Origin: Centroscyllium fabricii
Taxonomy: Eukaryota
Length of the DNA stretch: 64,000 nucleotides
NCBI GenBank assembly: GCA_051313645.2
Contig: JBNRSN020000014.1
Location: 34,348,001-34,412,000, forward strand
Reading direction: 5' to 3'
In this document: positions 48,726 to 61,815 of the stretch, piece after piece
How the letters are laid out: every line of letters starts with the position of its first letter
How positions within the stretch are numbered: position 1 is the first letter of the stretch
The notes under the pieces: generated by a model
The model's database searches: none
Told to the model about the DNA's origin: nothing
What the model saw: the letters and a program-made list of their open reading frames with translations, nothing else
Program-made: the position numbers and the translations under genes

Positions 48726-49391
48726 CCTTGCCAGTGGCCCTGTCCCTAGTCCCAGGAGCAGGGACAGTGTAAAACCAAAATATTCAAGATAAAAGTTGGA
48801 AATAAGGAAATATTTCCCCCATTTTTTTATCTTGGTGTTGTCTTGCCGCATAAATATTGTACTGAAAGTGAAGAGCTTTTTGCGGCTTTAGAATTTGCAG
48901 GTCAGACAATTGAGCAGCTTGTTTGGCCTCTACGCTAAGAGCTTGTAAACGAGCAGAAGAAGCCTGAGCCTGGGTTCCATACTGTCGGGAATCTGCAGTA
49001 GAACAGGACAGCTACACCTAATCAGATCAGAGACCTGGTGTCGACCTCCGTATTGCAATTCACGCAAATTATTTGCGATTCTCTGATAACATGAGCAATC
49101 GGTTACGCTGGTGCAGTTGCTTTATTTATTTAAATAAATTCTCAGTATGTGGGCGTCGCTGGCAAGGCCAGCATTTATTGCCCATCCCTCATTGCCCTGA
49201 CAGCTGATTTATACAACTGAGTGACTTGCTCGGCTGCTTTGGAGGGCTGTCAAAAGTCAACTACATTAGTGTTGGACTGGAGTCATGTATCGGCCACATC
49301 AGGGAAGGGCGGCAGATTTCCTTCCCTAAACGATATTGGTGAACCAGTTTTTTATGACAATCCAACAACCTCATGGTCACTTTTACTGATA

Positions 49392-49816
49392 CAGGTTGAG
49401 CACCTTTAATCCGGTACCCTCGGGACCAGGCCGATGCCGGACCACTGAAAATTCTGAACCACTGAAGGTTCGGGGGGAGCGCGCGGGTAGCACACTGCCC
49501 GGGGCCCGGAGCGCGCGGTTAGCACACTCCCCGGGGCGCGCGGGTAGCACACTCCCCGGGGCACGGGGCGCGCGGGTAGCACACTCCCCGGGGCCCGGGG
49601 GTAGCACACTCCCCGGGGCGCGGGGGTAGCACACTTTGAAGACCTAAAAAAACAGAAACCCAACTGCCCGACGCCTTCAGCATTCGCTCACTCTTCCTGG
49701 GAAACGGTGGCACCGCCGAGCGGCTGCTCCACAAAATGAAGAGCGCCGACTTCCAGTCGTGCCGGACCACTGAAGCTGCCAGACCATCGGGTGCCGGATT
49801 ACCGGTGCTCAACCTG
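49392..49816. mobile_element. pogo/Tigger-like MITE (subfamily 2) with internal minisatellite
   Basis: TA|CAGGTTGAGCACC..TAATCCGG ... CCGGATTACCGGTGCTCAACCTG|TA; removing the element plus one TA restores the host SINE. Confidence 0.9.
49477..49636. repeat. GC-rich minisatellite, six imperfect units of about 25-32 bp
   Basis: Core ggtagcacactccccggggc repeated with variable gcgc/cccg linkers. Confidence 0.85.
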
Positions 49817-52319
49817 TACCAGCTTTTTTATTTCCAGAATTATAAATTGAACTCAAGTTCAAATCTCTCCATAGTTTGAGAATTTGCGTTCTCTTGATTA
49901 TTGATCCAGTAACATAACCACGACACCACCGTACCCCTTTTTCATCTGCATTAAATGCTGTTTTCTTCTCAACATGACATGGGAAAGGAGAGTGAGGAGG
50001 TGCCGTGTGGAGGAGTGGGTGCAGCTGTGGGTTGGTTTGCAGGGAATGCTGCCATGTGATGGTGATGGGGGCGATCAATCTGGAATTGACACCAGAGACT
50101 TGGGCCTGTCAGCCTTACAAGGAGGCATCTGGGTGGTGATCTTGTAGAGGGCATATAAGCTAGTCAATGGCGTGGAAAGGGTAGATCCAGTGAAGGAAGT
50201 TAAATTGCAGGAGTCGTACAAGAGGTCACAGCTTCAAGCTAGTAAACATTGAGTAGTTTTTCTTCAGTAATCAATATACAGAATCGACTCTTGAATAGAG
50301 CCATGGCGGCAGAATGCCTGGAATCATTACAACTGGATGATGCAGTGAGGGAGCTTGTTGGATCATTGTGAATAGTTGAATGAAGATGGACCTAATGGCC
50401 TTCCTCAGCCGTAATTATCTTGTCACTGACATGCGATGCAACAATTTATATTGATTTTGGGAGTGATCCAACCTCTGTCCAGGTAAACGGTGTTGAATTT
50501 AAAACACCTGCAGTTTGTGTTTCAGAATGCACTGAGAGTCCTGTTGACATTGACTATATATTTTTATATGTGCATATCTCGCCTCTTCTATGTGCTTGCT
50601 GCCGCCAGTATTTATCTCTCCACCAAAATGTAGTGTTGAATGGCGCTGGTTGTATGGAAAATAGTTTTGCAAACCTTTGGAGAGATATAATCCCCCGAGG
50701 TGCCTGTGTTATGGTGATATTCGACCCAAAGCAATACCATGGTGTTTCTCGATGCCATTCACAGTGATGAATCATCTGTTCGTTTTGCAGTTGTGTGTAA
50801 ATTGGTTACTGGCTGAAAAGAAATGTGGAAAGAACTACCGAACCAGAGAGCAAACATACTGGAGGTGTAAAGCAAGTGTCCGATAGACCCTTCGTCACAA
50901 CAGGAAAGGACTTGCGCTTATCAGTGTTGCTGTTGCCTCTGCTTGCTTTGTGCCCCATGCGTGCATGTTTGTATGTGTGCGCATTTGTCCCTATGGCCAG
51001 GGAGAGGCGTGGGTGTTTTAGTTCCAAGTTGAGCTTCAGTAACAAACTCCAGCATAGTCTTGTCAGTCTTTTCTGAGCTATGCTCATCTATATTGCAGTG
51101 ATCACATTCCAGTTGACTGAGAAGTTGCCTAAATTTTTTGTCTGACTTGTACAGAACACCCCAGCACTAAGTCTGTACTCTGCTGAAAGGGTTGTCTAGT
51201 TTACTTAAAGTGAGCCGTGTTTAACAATTGAATGTGGTCAGATTATTCTCGCAAGTTTCGGTGTGATGATGGCATGTTAAAATAGAGGCTGCTCACATAA
51301 CCAGGAAGTGCCTTTCTGATGGGTTAAAGTCACATAACACGCAGTTGATTTTCGATACTCGATGAAATATTCAAGTGGGGGGAAACTGTAGATGGGAATG
51401 TTCCTCCACTAACTTGCAACCCAGCTAGTGGCTGCATCTTCTGGGATTCATGTGGCCAGCACTGCCGACACTCTGAAAATTAAGCATGTGCGTTGAGGGG
51501 AGAGGGGAAGAGAGGGAGTGAGTCAGTGCGAAGTGTTTGGGTGAGTTTGGATTTCCTGATCAAATGAGCTGTGGAAAGAAAATAGACGCATCTGCAAGGG
51601 CTGTAATTAATGGTTTCAGCTGATATCAAATGAAAAAACGTGAAAAAAAATGTTAAGGTAGCAGGGCGGGTGGTATCTTGTCCTTCACAGCTGTAATGTG
51701 ACTGGCGATGGATCTTGTATTTAAGTTGAGACTTTGTTGTATTTTGCATGTTGCAATGGGAATGTGATGCTGGCTGGTGTCGGTCCTGCTTTGCATATCT
51801 CTGTACAGTTCAACAACCTCTTTGTGTTGAATTGATGTACAGAGAGATTCAAATGCACCGGAGGAGAAACTGAAACCTTTTGAACATTTCCAATAAACCC
51901 AAGAGCGAGTGCTCAGAGGGTTTAGATTGGCCATCTCGCTAGTAATGTGCAAGCTATTTTTCCATTTCTAGAGGTGATGCCAGGTACTTGGAGCGAGTGT
52001 GTGAGCAGTGGGATTGACTCTACATGGTTCTAAGGGAGGTCTTGTACTGGTCGTGCTGTGGTGCGTGTGCAGATATGGAGTGCATTTGGGTGCGAGCAGC
52101 TGTGGGCTTGCACCTATAAACTTTCTTGTTTACATAAGTAGCCTAGATACTGAAATCAACTGAAAGCTGATCAAATTTTCAGGAAATGTCAAAACGAGAG
52201 CAGAGGATACAGCAAGATTTGCAAGTTCGATTATTGTGCAGTTCAGTGGGTTAACACAGAATTGTGAAATATTGCACATAGGCTAAAAAAAAAAATGTGG
52301 GCGTAAACATACAATTTTT

Positions 52320-52590
52320 CATTCTGGGGATGTGGGCGTTGCTGCAAAGACCAATGTTTATTGCCCATCCAGCCCTAATTGCCCTCTAAGGTGGTGGTGG
52401 GCCTTTTTCTTGAACCGCTGCAGTCCGTGTGGTGAAGGTGCACCCACAGTGCTGTTAGGGAGGGAGTGCCAGGATTTTGACTCGGCGACGATGAAGGAAC
52501 GGCGATTTGTCCAAGTCAGGCTGGTACGTTGACTTGGAGGTGATGGTGTTCCCATGCACCTGCTGTTTTTGTCCTCCTTCGTGGCGGACG
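52320..52590 (-). mobile_element. Zenon-like LINE 3' end fragment
   Basis: RSFIVAESKSWHSLPNSTVGAPSPHGLQRFKKKAHHHLRG; homologous to 5390-5650. Confidence 0.8.
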
Positions 52591-52835
52591 AGCCTTGACA
52601 CAATTGGATGTTTTAGGTTTTCAGTCAGCACGGGAACAGTGACCTGTGAGTAGCAATGCACATGTTACGTTAAATATCCAGGCAGTACAGTGCAGGTGAA
52701 TGTTGGTCTGGAATGTTCATGCTCAGGCTTTCTGATGCACTGGGCAATGTACTCTAAGAATACTGTACTCCGTTTTTGTCAACACATCACCGAAGGGGAC
52801 ACTTACAATTCAGGCTGGACACCAATATTTAGATA

Positions 52836-53514
52836 CAGGTTGAGCACCGGTAATCCGGCACCCTCTGGACCAACCCAGTGCCGGACCACTGAAAATTCCG
52901 AACCACTGAAGGTTGAAGAAGGGATCGAAAACTTACTGATTAGCAGAGCTACCTTGTACTTCAGAGTGAGGGAATGGCAGAGATAATTGATGGGGCTGAA
53001 TTTGTGGTCAGAGGCTTCCCGCGGGGAAATGCCACCGATCCACAAATAAATTGCCCGCCTACCTGGTGGTCCAGGAGGTATGTAGATTCGCGGTCCTGGG
53101 ACTCTCCGGGTACTGGCGGGTAGAGACCCACGTATCCCGGGGTGCAGGCGGTTCGCGAGCGTCCCTGGGATCACGTGGGCCGGCCTAACGAATGAGCGAA
53201 GGGAATCCCCATTCATTCTTATCGGTATTCCGTATGTATGGAAACCCCATAAGTATGAATTGGAAGACCCCAGAAAATACACCTAGACATCAAATAAATA
53301 AAAATAATCACATATTTAAAATTAATTAAAATGGTATTAAATTAAATATTTAAAACAAATAAAAAAAATTGAAAAATAAATTTACATGCTTTACAGCGGG
53401 AAACGGTGGCGCCGCCGAGCAGCTGCTCCGCAAACAGCAGACCGCGGTTTCAGTTCGTGCCGGACCACTGAAGGTGCCGAACCATCGGGTGCCGGATTAC
53501 CGGTGCTCAACCTG
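52836..53514. mobile_element. pogo/Tigger-like MITE (subfamily 2) carrying a foreign internal segment
   Basis: Perfect TIR CAGGTTGAGCACCGGTAATCCGGCACCC / GGGTGCCGGATTACCGGTGCTCAACCTG; TA on the left, CA on the right. Confidence 0.9.
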
Positions 53515-56500
53515 CACTTGATGAAAAGTCTGTTCCGTGTGTGATTGGTTACTGAACTCTGGTGCAAACATTCATACCGTGCCCATTACAGATCGCCCAG
53601 GATTAATTTTTGGAATGAAATGAGTTGTGTATTTTGAGTATGTCTCAGACTGCTAAATAATATTTTAATCAGCAGTGTAAAATCTTATGGAGGAAGATGT
53701 CTGACTAGAATACTGCACAGGATTATTCGGCACATTATTTTTAGTATTTAAAAGTATGGGTTTTGCGTTACTTTACATGATGATGAAATCTTTGGTGTGT
53801 TGAAATTAAGTTGTTTGTTGGGAATTTTTTCAGTACTTCTGTTTGAAGGAAGCTCCTCTTACCTTCCTGTTCTCTCTATTACACCAATTGTTGTCACAGG
53901 AATGTAAAAGAGACTTCCTTATTACAGAAGTATTGAAAAGTTCCCCTGCCACCATCCCTTTGCTCAGTACGCTTTCAGAGACACTGCTACAGGAAGGTCT
54001 GGCTGCATTGTATTTCACAGGTTGGTCAGCTGTTGACAGTTCTTGATTCATTGCATGGTGACTGCTACTTACTGTCTAAGGCACTGGTTGAATGGGGTTG
54101 TACTTAGCCAGGCAAAAGTCGTGTTGGACATGCTTCGTGTGTGTTGTATGTACACTGCTGCCGCACAGATGCATTGACGTCTCTGTGTTGGGTGGCACGG
54201 TACCCCGTGTGAGGGGACCGGCACCACAGTTGGAAGAAGTTCATCACAATTGAGTGCGAGTGGAGGAGAATCCAGTTCATCCGGTATGGGACCAGTGCAT
54301 GATCGGAGCTCTGACATACTGATGGAATAAGTCGAATTCCGTTGTTAAAAGGGATTTTTCCCGCCACTTTGCGGACCACATTTTCCTGATTTAACTCCAT
54401 TTTCCCCCCGGCACACCAGTGGCCCAGCCTATGGCTGTTGCAGTGTTTAAGAGCACCTGGTGTCTGGACCACTGGTTTTTAGGTGTAGAGGACTTGTATC
54501 CCACTGTTGTGCTCCTGAGTGTGCCATCAGTTATGGTTTCCTCTGCGTAGCGGTATTTTTATTTTTTAAACAACCAGTTATGTACTCCTGTACTGCGTAA
54601 TTATAGTTTGCTGGAGCTCAGTCACACAATTGGAGAGACTGCAGTTGATTGCTTGTACTGATTTATATAACATTTGAATAGCAGTTTAAAAAGCTGCTGC
54701 AGGGAATGATGTAGGAAACTCTCCAATTGTTTTATACAAACAAGCATGAGACAGTTTGATTTTTTTTTTTTAAACTTCAGTTTGAAGCGATTCTACCTTT
54801 CATTGCATTCTTTCTCTCCACGACTCCTGCCCTGTGTATGATCACTTTCCTAGACCAGGGCAGCGAAGATGGAGACTGGGGCAGAAAATTGAGGTCTGAC
54901 ATTGATGGAAGCCCGACGACCTTTGCAAGATTCGAACTGTATCTTTGCTCTGTATATTCAGCATTGTGTGTGGATAAAACTGACTAGCGCCCCTGCAGTT
55001 GGCAGAATTGTCGTGTAAATGTCTGTTCAACACCTGTACCCTCATCCAGCTGAAGTGCCTGGTGCTGTTTTGATAGAGGCAGTTTTAAGTGTGTGGAATG
55101 GGCTGGGCTGTGTTGGCGTGAATGCCCGCTCCCTGTTGCTGCCCATGTACACGGCTGCCTGTGAGCGTAAGTAACTGGTCCCGGCTTAGGCCGGTGAGAC
55201 TCGAGCGACCAGTTAGAACCTCCCTCTATATTCTAATGAGGTCATCTATAAACGTAGTGCTGATTGGTGGGTGTGTGCAGAGGAATTACAAGTCTCGGCA
55301 TTTCTACTTGAACTTTGGACTTAACTCGCAAAGGTGGAATCAGCATTGGGAATCAGGCTAAATTGCAGTACTTTCACCGTGCGTGTTTGTACTGAGGACG
55401 TCAAGGAACGGTAACCATAGGACCTGGCAGCACCGATGTCCCATGATCCTGGTTTGGTTTTAATGTTCCTTGTTCGGGTTTTTATCCACAATCTGATGTG
55501 CAGTGTGCTGAGAAATATGAAATCTTCAACTACTTCATAAGAGGTGCTTGTTGTAGGTAAGGTGTTTGTGTACAGATTGTGCGACTCAATGCTGGCCTGT
55601 TTTTGTCGGCAGGTATTTTTAGCTCACTTGCTGTAGGTCGAGCTCGGGTGATTCAAAGGGCTTGTCCTGAAGGTTGAAAGGCCTCGCGTAGAGATTTCTC
55701 GGTCAGTGGTGTCGGGTCTTGAGACGGTCTTGTGACCGAGGCTGACTGGTTATTGATCCTTGCTTGTGCTTCCCATCTAACCAGTTTCTATAGGGAATGG
55801 GAAGACTAGCTTTTGTACTGTTGGTTTGACAGAGCGTGGGTTGTGCTGGTGTCATATCTGCCCCGACAGTCCCATAGATGACTCCCTTGTTTTTGCTAAA
55901 CTGATGCATGTGCTGCTTCACTGGGACCACTGGTTTCAGGAGGATGCTTGTCCATGCCTGCTCATTCTTAGACTTTGTGTATGACTTTGGGGCCATCCGT
56001 GACTGTTGGCATGCTCTCACTCCCATATGTTGGGAGTGTATCAAAGCATTTTCAAGTAATGAAGTAAGAATGGTTTGGTTCTCTTAATGTCTGCTAGTGA
56101 ATGGAGCACCATATGTGGTGCTGAGCTAAAGGCCTGGGTTCCAGTCCATTACCTGTGCTCTTTGTAGTTCCCGGCTGGGGTGCTGGCAGAGTTGCTGCAG
56201 TTGACCTCCATGACTTTGGGCTTGGAGAGAAGAAAAATAAATTGAGCTAGGTTCTTGCTCGCTATCCAGTGACCTCTTGAAGGGCACACTTGGATGTTGA
56301 TGACCGAATTGGACTCGATTCATGGTTGAACCCCCGAGGCTGGTGTATGAAAGGATCGCTGCTTGAGTGAAGCGCTGGCACGGTGGAGTGACTTCCAGCA
56401 TGTATTACCCAGCATAGAGAAATTTCAAGGAGAACATTTTGAAGGAAGGTAGTGAAGAGAGAACTGTGGTGGAATGGAAAGCATGCAAGACAGTTGAGGG

Positions 56501-56966
56501 GGAGGTCTGGGTCACTGAATGCTGCTGCCCAATGTTGCAGTAAATGTGCAAATGCTGCACTGTTGGAATAAGATTGACTGTTCTTGAATTGATTGGAGAA
56601 GGTTTATTGCTGAACTCTCTGCCCTTCACTCTGCTATCGCAGTGATCACCTTTGTGCTGTGACACTTCAACCTTCCTGCTGACGGTTTTCCAATTGCTGG
56701 CTTACTTTGGATCGGGCAACATGGCATCTGTGTGCCAGCTCACTGCATCTATAATCGCTTCAGTTCTGCCATCGGAGTCGGGGAGTCAGCTTAGAGTGTG
56801 AAATCCATGATGGCCAAGAGGCATTGCACTGATTGTGAATTAAGACAGTTATGGTGCAGGCCTGAATTGGGCTTTCTGTAATTGTCTGCTTTTTCCAAAG
56901 CACTTGAAACCGTATTCCATACCCCTACTCCTGAAACCCTCTGACATACCCCCATCCCAATATAAT

Positions 56967-57687
56967 GGCCCAGACATTCGGGTCCCAACGTGTGAGTACG
57001 CGCTGGGTACTCGCCCGTAGGCCATCCAAGGTGCCGGTTTCGTGCATGCACAGCGCATGTGCGCGAAACCGGCACTTCCGATCCCCTGACAGAAGGGTTC
57101 AGGGGTTGAAACGCGGCAGCGGGTGCGCACTGCACTTCCGATTTTTTTGGAAGATTCTGTGTCCGGGTAAGTATGGAAAAGTTACGGCTGCTTTTTGAAT
57201 GTGTAAAGACTGGTTTTCAGAAGGTAAGTGGTGAATTAATTCAAATTAAAACACTTTCCACAGATTTATTATTTTTAAATAATTTAAGAAAGGTAAGTTT
57301 ATTTTTAGCCCTGTTCAAAACTGTAATTAATTTTTTCAAAAATTTAAATTATTGTTTAAAAGTTATTTAATGTAATTGGTAGTTATTTTTAAAAATGTGA
57401 TTTTTAAAAGTTTATTGGAAGGTTTTGTGATGTTTTGGGGTTGTAGTATTCATACGTTTGACACTGTCAAACTTATGAATGGAGCATTCTGTGCTCCAAT
57501 TGGCTCTCCATGGCCCACGTGATCCCTCGCACTAACTGGGCCACGGACACGTGAGCGCGGCACACCGGCAGTTGAAGGCCCTGCATCGGAATTCCACGCG
57601 GGCCCACAGCTCAACAGCCGGCGCGCTAGGTAAATGCAGGTTGGAGGCTTGCACTCGTGGGAAGCCTCCAACCCGAATTTCTGGGCC
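56967..57687. mobile_element. Non-autonomous DNA transposon, ISL2EU/PIF-Harbinger-like
   Basis: TIR GGCCCAGACATTCGGGT / ACCCGAATTTCTGGGCC (1 mismatch), flanked by AT on both sides; GC-rich subtermini and AT-rich core. Confidence 0.7.
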
Positions 57688-57806
57688 ATTGTCTGAAGCA
57701 CCGTTTCATGCATTGATATCCCGTGTGACAATCACCTGTTGTGCTCCCTCTCGCGCCCCCCCATCTCTCTTCCCCTCCTCCTCTCTTTTCCCCCCCCCCC
57801 CCTCCT

Positions 57807-58199
57807 CACGGTGGCACAACGGTTAGCACTGTTGCCTCACAGCACTGGAGACCCGGGTTCAAATCCAGCCTCGGGTACTATCTGTGTGGAGTTTGCACAT
57901 TCTCCCCGTGTCTGCGTGGGTTTCCTCCGGGTGCTCCGGTTTCCTCCCACAGTCCAAAGATGTGCGGGTTAGGTTGATTGGCCAGGATAAATTGACCCTT
58001 CGTGTTAGGGGTTTGAATATGTGGGGTTACGGGGGATAGGGTGGGATGTGTGTCAGTGCAGGCTCGATAGGGATCGAGGGATATGGGGACAAGGCAGGGG
58101 CGGGATGCTGGGTTTGGATGATCAGCCATGATCTCATTGAATGGTGGAGCAGGCTTGAAGGGCCGAATGGCCTACTCCTGCTCCTATCTTCTATGTTTC
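57807..58199 (+). mobile_element. HE1-like SINE, long-tail type, inserted in a C/T-rich tract
   Basis: Matches 8007-8402 along its length. Confidence 0.9.
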
Positions 58200-59180
58200 C
58201 TCTCTCCCCTCCTCCTCCTCTCTCCCCTCCTCCTCCTCTCGCCCACTATGTCTTGCCCGGTTGCTGACTCTAGAGCGCCTCTTGATTGTCTGATATGCCA
58301 GCATCGCACCTCTCGGTGCCCCTTTTTCACTACCCTCATGTTCACTTGTATCTCTGCATCCCATTGCTCCACTCTGCTTTTATCACTAACCCCCCCTGGT
58401 TAGGTGGGTGCAGCAGTTTCAGCACCCCACTATGCATCCTCTGCCCCCATTCTCAGCTCATTGTTTATGGTTCCTTCTCCCCTGTTTTGTTGCCACTGCT
58501 GTTTTTGGGAGCTTGCTGCTGGTGCAATCCTACATTACAAACAGTGACTCAACTCCTAAAGTGCCTCAGGACATCCTGAGGTGCTATATAAATGCAACCT
58601 TGGTTGCTCGCTGCCCCCTCATCTTGTGCTCTTTGCCTCCTGTTCAGTGTGCGTGCCTCCTTGTCCCCCCCCCCAACATGGTGCTCACTGGTGGTTCGTG
58701 TGTGTGTGGGGTCTTGCCTAATCCGAACCCAGCACCCCTCTCCCCCGATACCCCCAACTGTAAGAACTATATCTCTCACACATACTCATGGGCAATTTCT
58801 TTTTATTTTATTTTTTTAACTTTTTTTACTATCCAATTCACCTAACCTGCATCTCTTTGCCACATAACGCTTCATCCTCTTGCAGTACAAACCACAAGTT
58901 TAAAGAGAAGGCCTGTCTCCTGGATCAGGACAGAAGGTATCTGATAGCTGGGTGGAGGCACAATGCTGTAACACAACCAGTGCTTCAGATGATGTAACTA
59001 CAAGAACAAAGCTTGAGTGACAGCAGACTGTGAGATTACACTTCGTTTATGCCACTTGGAAGTGTGCCCTTATCATGTGACCTGTGTCCCTGAATAAGAT
59101 ATAAACAAATTAAACTGTAAAAATGTCCGCAAGTAATGTGCACCATCAGGGCCTTGGTTCGGAAGTACAGGATTGGAGGA

Positions 59181-59537
59181 TGAGCTTATCTTCATGGCCT
59201 GATCTCCGTTTAACAGGAGGTGGGTGATGCACGATCAATTACTGCGAGTCCAGGAGAAAAGTAACTGAGGCTTTTATTGACAAGAACAGGAGTACAGGTC
59301 TAGGTGATAGCTGGTCCTGGCAATGCCATGCGGTCAACATGGCTGCCACCTTTATACCTGAGTATGTGGGTGGAGCCAGGAGTAGGGGCTGGGTGGAGCC
59401 AGGAGGAGGGGCCGGCTGAGGCCTCCCAGGTAGACCAGACGTGACCCTGTACAATACAGTGAACTATTTACAATACAGGCAAGAGTGAACTATGTACAAT
59501 ACAGATTGGTGGTAAACAATAATAATGGTTTACCACA
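59181..59537 (-). mobile_element. Probable solo LTR
   Basis: TG...CA ends (same ..accaca end as the 8691-9127 LTR), near-TSD gagga/gtgga, minus-strand TATAAA (about 59350) upstream of AATAAA (about 59275), internal tacaatacag repeats. Confidence 0.55.
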
Positions 59538-60241
59538 GTGGAGTGAGATTGTGTGTGGACAGTACCTCAGTTCACTGGGAGATGGGGAGGTTATGTTGAG
59601 TTCAGAAGCTGCCCATCCAAACATTACTAACTTTCCATGTGAATAATGGTCGTGGCCATGTTCTTATCGTCTCAGATCAGGGCGTTATCACTCTCTTGCT
59701 GCAGACATCCTCAGAACTACCCTCTCACTCTGAACTCTGTGTCCAGAGCAGTGATCCTAATATTTCATGCAACTGCTTCCTGGGCTTTAGTTCCTGTTTA
59801 AACTGAGTGTATCTGGTGTTAAATCCAGTCAGTAGTTTTGGACTTCCTGATGTGGTGTTGGGTTTGGCAGGGGCTGACTGGACTGTGTGGCTGGATGGTG
59901 ATTCACAGTAAAAACCCAGCTTCCTCGTCATAAGTGCCAAAGGGAAAAAACACTTGAACACCCCTCAACGTTCATCCAGTGTTGTAGTCGAAGGCCACGA
60001 AGGCTTAATATTTTCCAACTGTTAGTATCCAACTTAGGATCTAGGAAACAATTGTGGAGCCGTCCTTTTTCCTGTTTTCTGAGGCTCCACAGTTTGTTTT
60101 TAACTTTTGTGCTTGTTTCTCCGCTGTTCAGTCCTGTTTGTTGAACTTTTCCTCACATCCAGCCAGGCTTCTGCTATAGAAGTAATGCATCTTTTCTGAG
60201 GGAACTAATATGGGCACAGATCTGGGAGACGACACCATGTT

Positions 60242-60551
60242 ATCATAGAATCACTGCAGAGCAGATAGAGGCCATTTCGGCCCATCGAGCCTGCACTGAC
60301 ACATATCGCACCCTATCCCCGTAACCCCCACATATTTAATCCCCCTAACACTAAGGGTCAATTTATCATGGCCAATCAACCTAACCTGCACATCTTTGGA
60401 CTGTGGGAGGAAACCGGAGCACCCGGAGGAAACCCACGCAGACACGGGGAGAATGTGCAAACTCCACACAGATAGTACCCGAGGCTGGATTTAAACCGGG
60501 GCCCTGGCGCTGTGAGGCAACAGTGCTAACCACTATGCCACCGTGCCGCCC
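60242..60551 (-). mobile_element. HE1-like SINE, short-tail type
   Basis: Full head and V-domain; tail atcatagaatcactgcagagcagatagaggccatttcggccc. Confidence 0.9.
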
Positions 60552-61815
60552 ATATGTTCAAGGACTTTGAGAGGGAAGCGAGGTTGAGATGAGTTAGTAG
60601 TTGGTGAGGATCGAGGAGACATGGTTAGGTTATTTAGAGAGAGGAATTATGGCAGTTTTGAGTGAAGCGACCAGTGCCTGAGGAGAGTGAGCCATTTAAA
60701 CCAGGAAGGGTCGTTGGGTGGTCAGAAGTTTGGTGGGAATAGGTTTGAAGGGAGTAGGAAGGGTGAGTCTTGGATGTAAGTTGGGACATGGTGGAGGGGC
60801 AATGGGGTGGTGGGGGGGGGGAATGGGGGGGTGGGGGGGGTGGAGGAGGAGAGTTGCGATTCAGGGCTATAGTGGGAGGGAGGCTGGGATTTGTCGCTAT
60901 TTCCTATCTGTACCGTGCCCTAATATTACACAGCATAAAACACACTCCATAGACTCAACCCAAGTTTGGACACAGGATCTCTAATTGTATTACTGGATGT
61001 TTTTCCACTGTTCTTGTGCACGCTGTGCTGTTAAGTTCACACACCGACTATTGTGCTTTTCTGAAATCCTAGTGCTAACACTGGCTTTGCCTGACTGGGT
61101 AGTCTTGTGGAGCATCTCAGCTGGGATATTGTGGAATTTCATGAATTTGTTTTTCAGGCAGTTTTAATCTTTGTTGATTTCTGATTGTAGTCATTTCTTT
61201 GATTGATTAACCACTTTAGGTCATTGGAAGTGAACTGTTTGAATGCTCATCATTTCATGGGAGGAAGAGTAAACACACTGCAAACACTGGGGAGCGTGTC
61301 CAGGGTTTGGATTTTGGTTCGGCCAGCACAGACCTGCTTGGAGCAGAATTCCACTGCCCTGGTAACGCTCTGTACTGTCTGCACTCCAGGCTGGGCACCA
61401 GCTCCTGGGAGGGTGCTGCAGTTTACTTGCATTTGACTGAAATTTGAGGATCCAGCTTGGATGTATATCCTACCCAGGAACATAATGGGCATGTCTGAAA
61501 CACGCTCCATCCAGGCCTTTCATTGGATTTCTAAAAGACCCTGCCAAACCTATCTCTACTGTGGGTGCACTGATTTGTGGCTGTTTGACAATGACTGTGA
61601 ATGGGAAGGGGTGGGGTGCTGAAGGTGGAGATGACCTGCTTGATGGGCTTGAGTAAAATGAAAACAATATAGTAAGACCGATTAGCCCTTGGTGAAACTG
61701 GTCAAAATCCTTGCTAGGATAGTACTTAGCAAAACCTGTATCTGGCCGTGTGCTATTCAACTGGGCGAGATATAAATTATTCAGCTGTAATCAAACCAAT
61801 AGTTTCATGTACAGC

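Larger units (their letters stand above)
49125..49937 (-). mobile_element. tRNA-headed SINE related to the Zenon-like LINE, split by a MITE
   Basis: Head and core match 23290-23585; tail gggcaatgaggggatgggcaataaatgctggccttgccagcgacgcccacat matches 5589-5645. Confidence 0.8.

Noticed and set aside
49477-49636. CRISPR-like array
   Set aside because: Linkers are short GC variants of each other rather than unique spacers, the context is a vertebrate MITE, and no cas genes are present.
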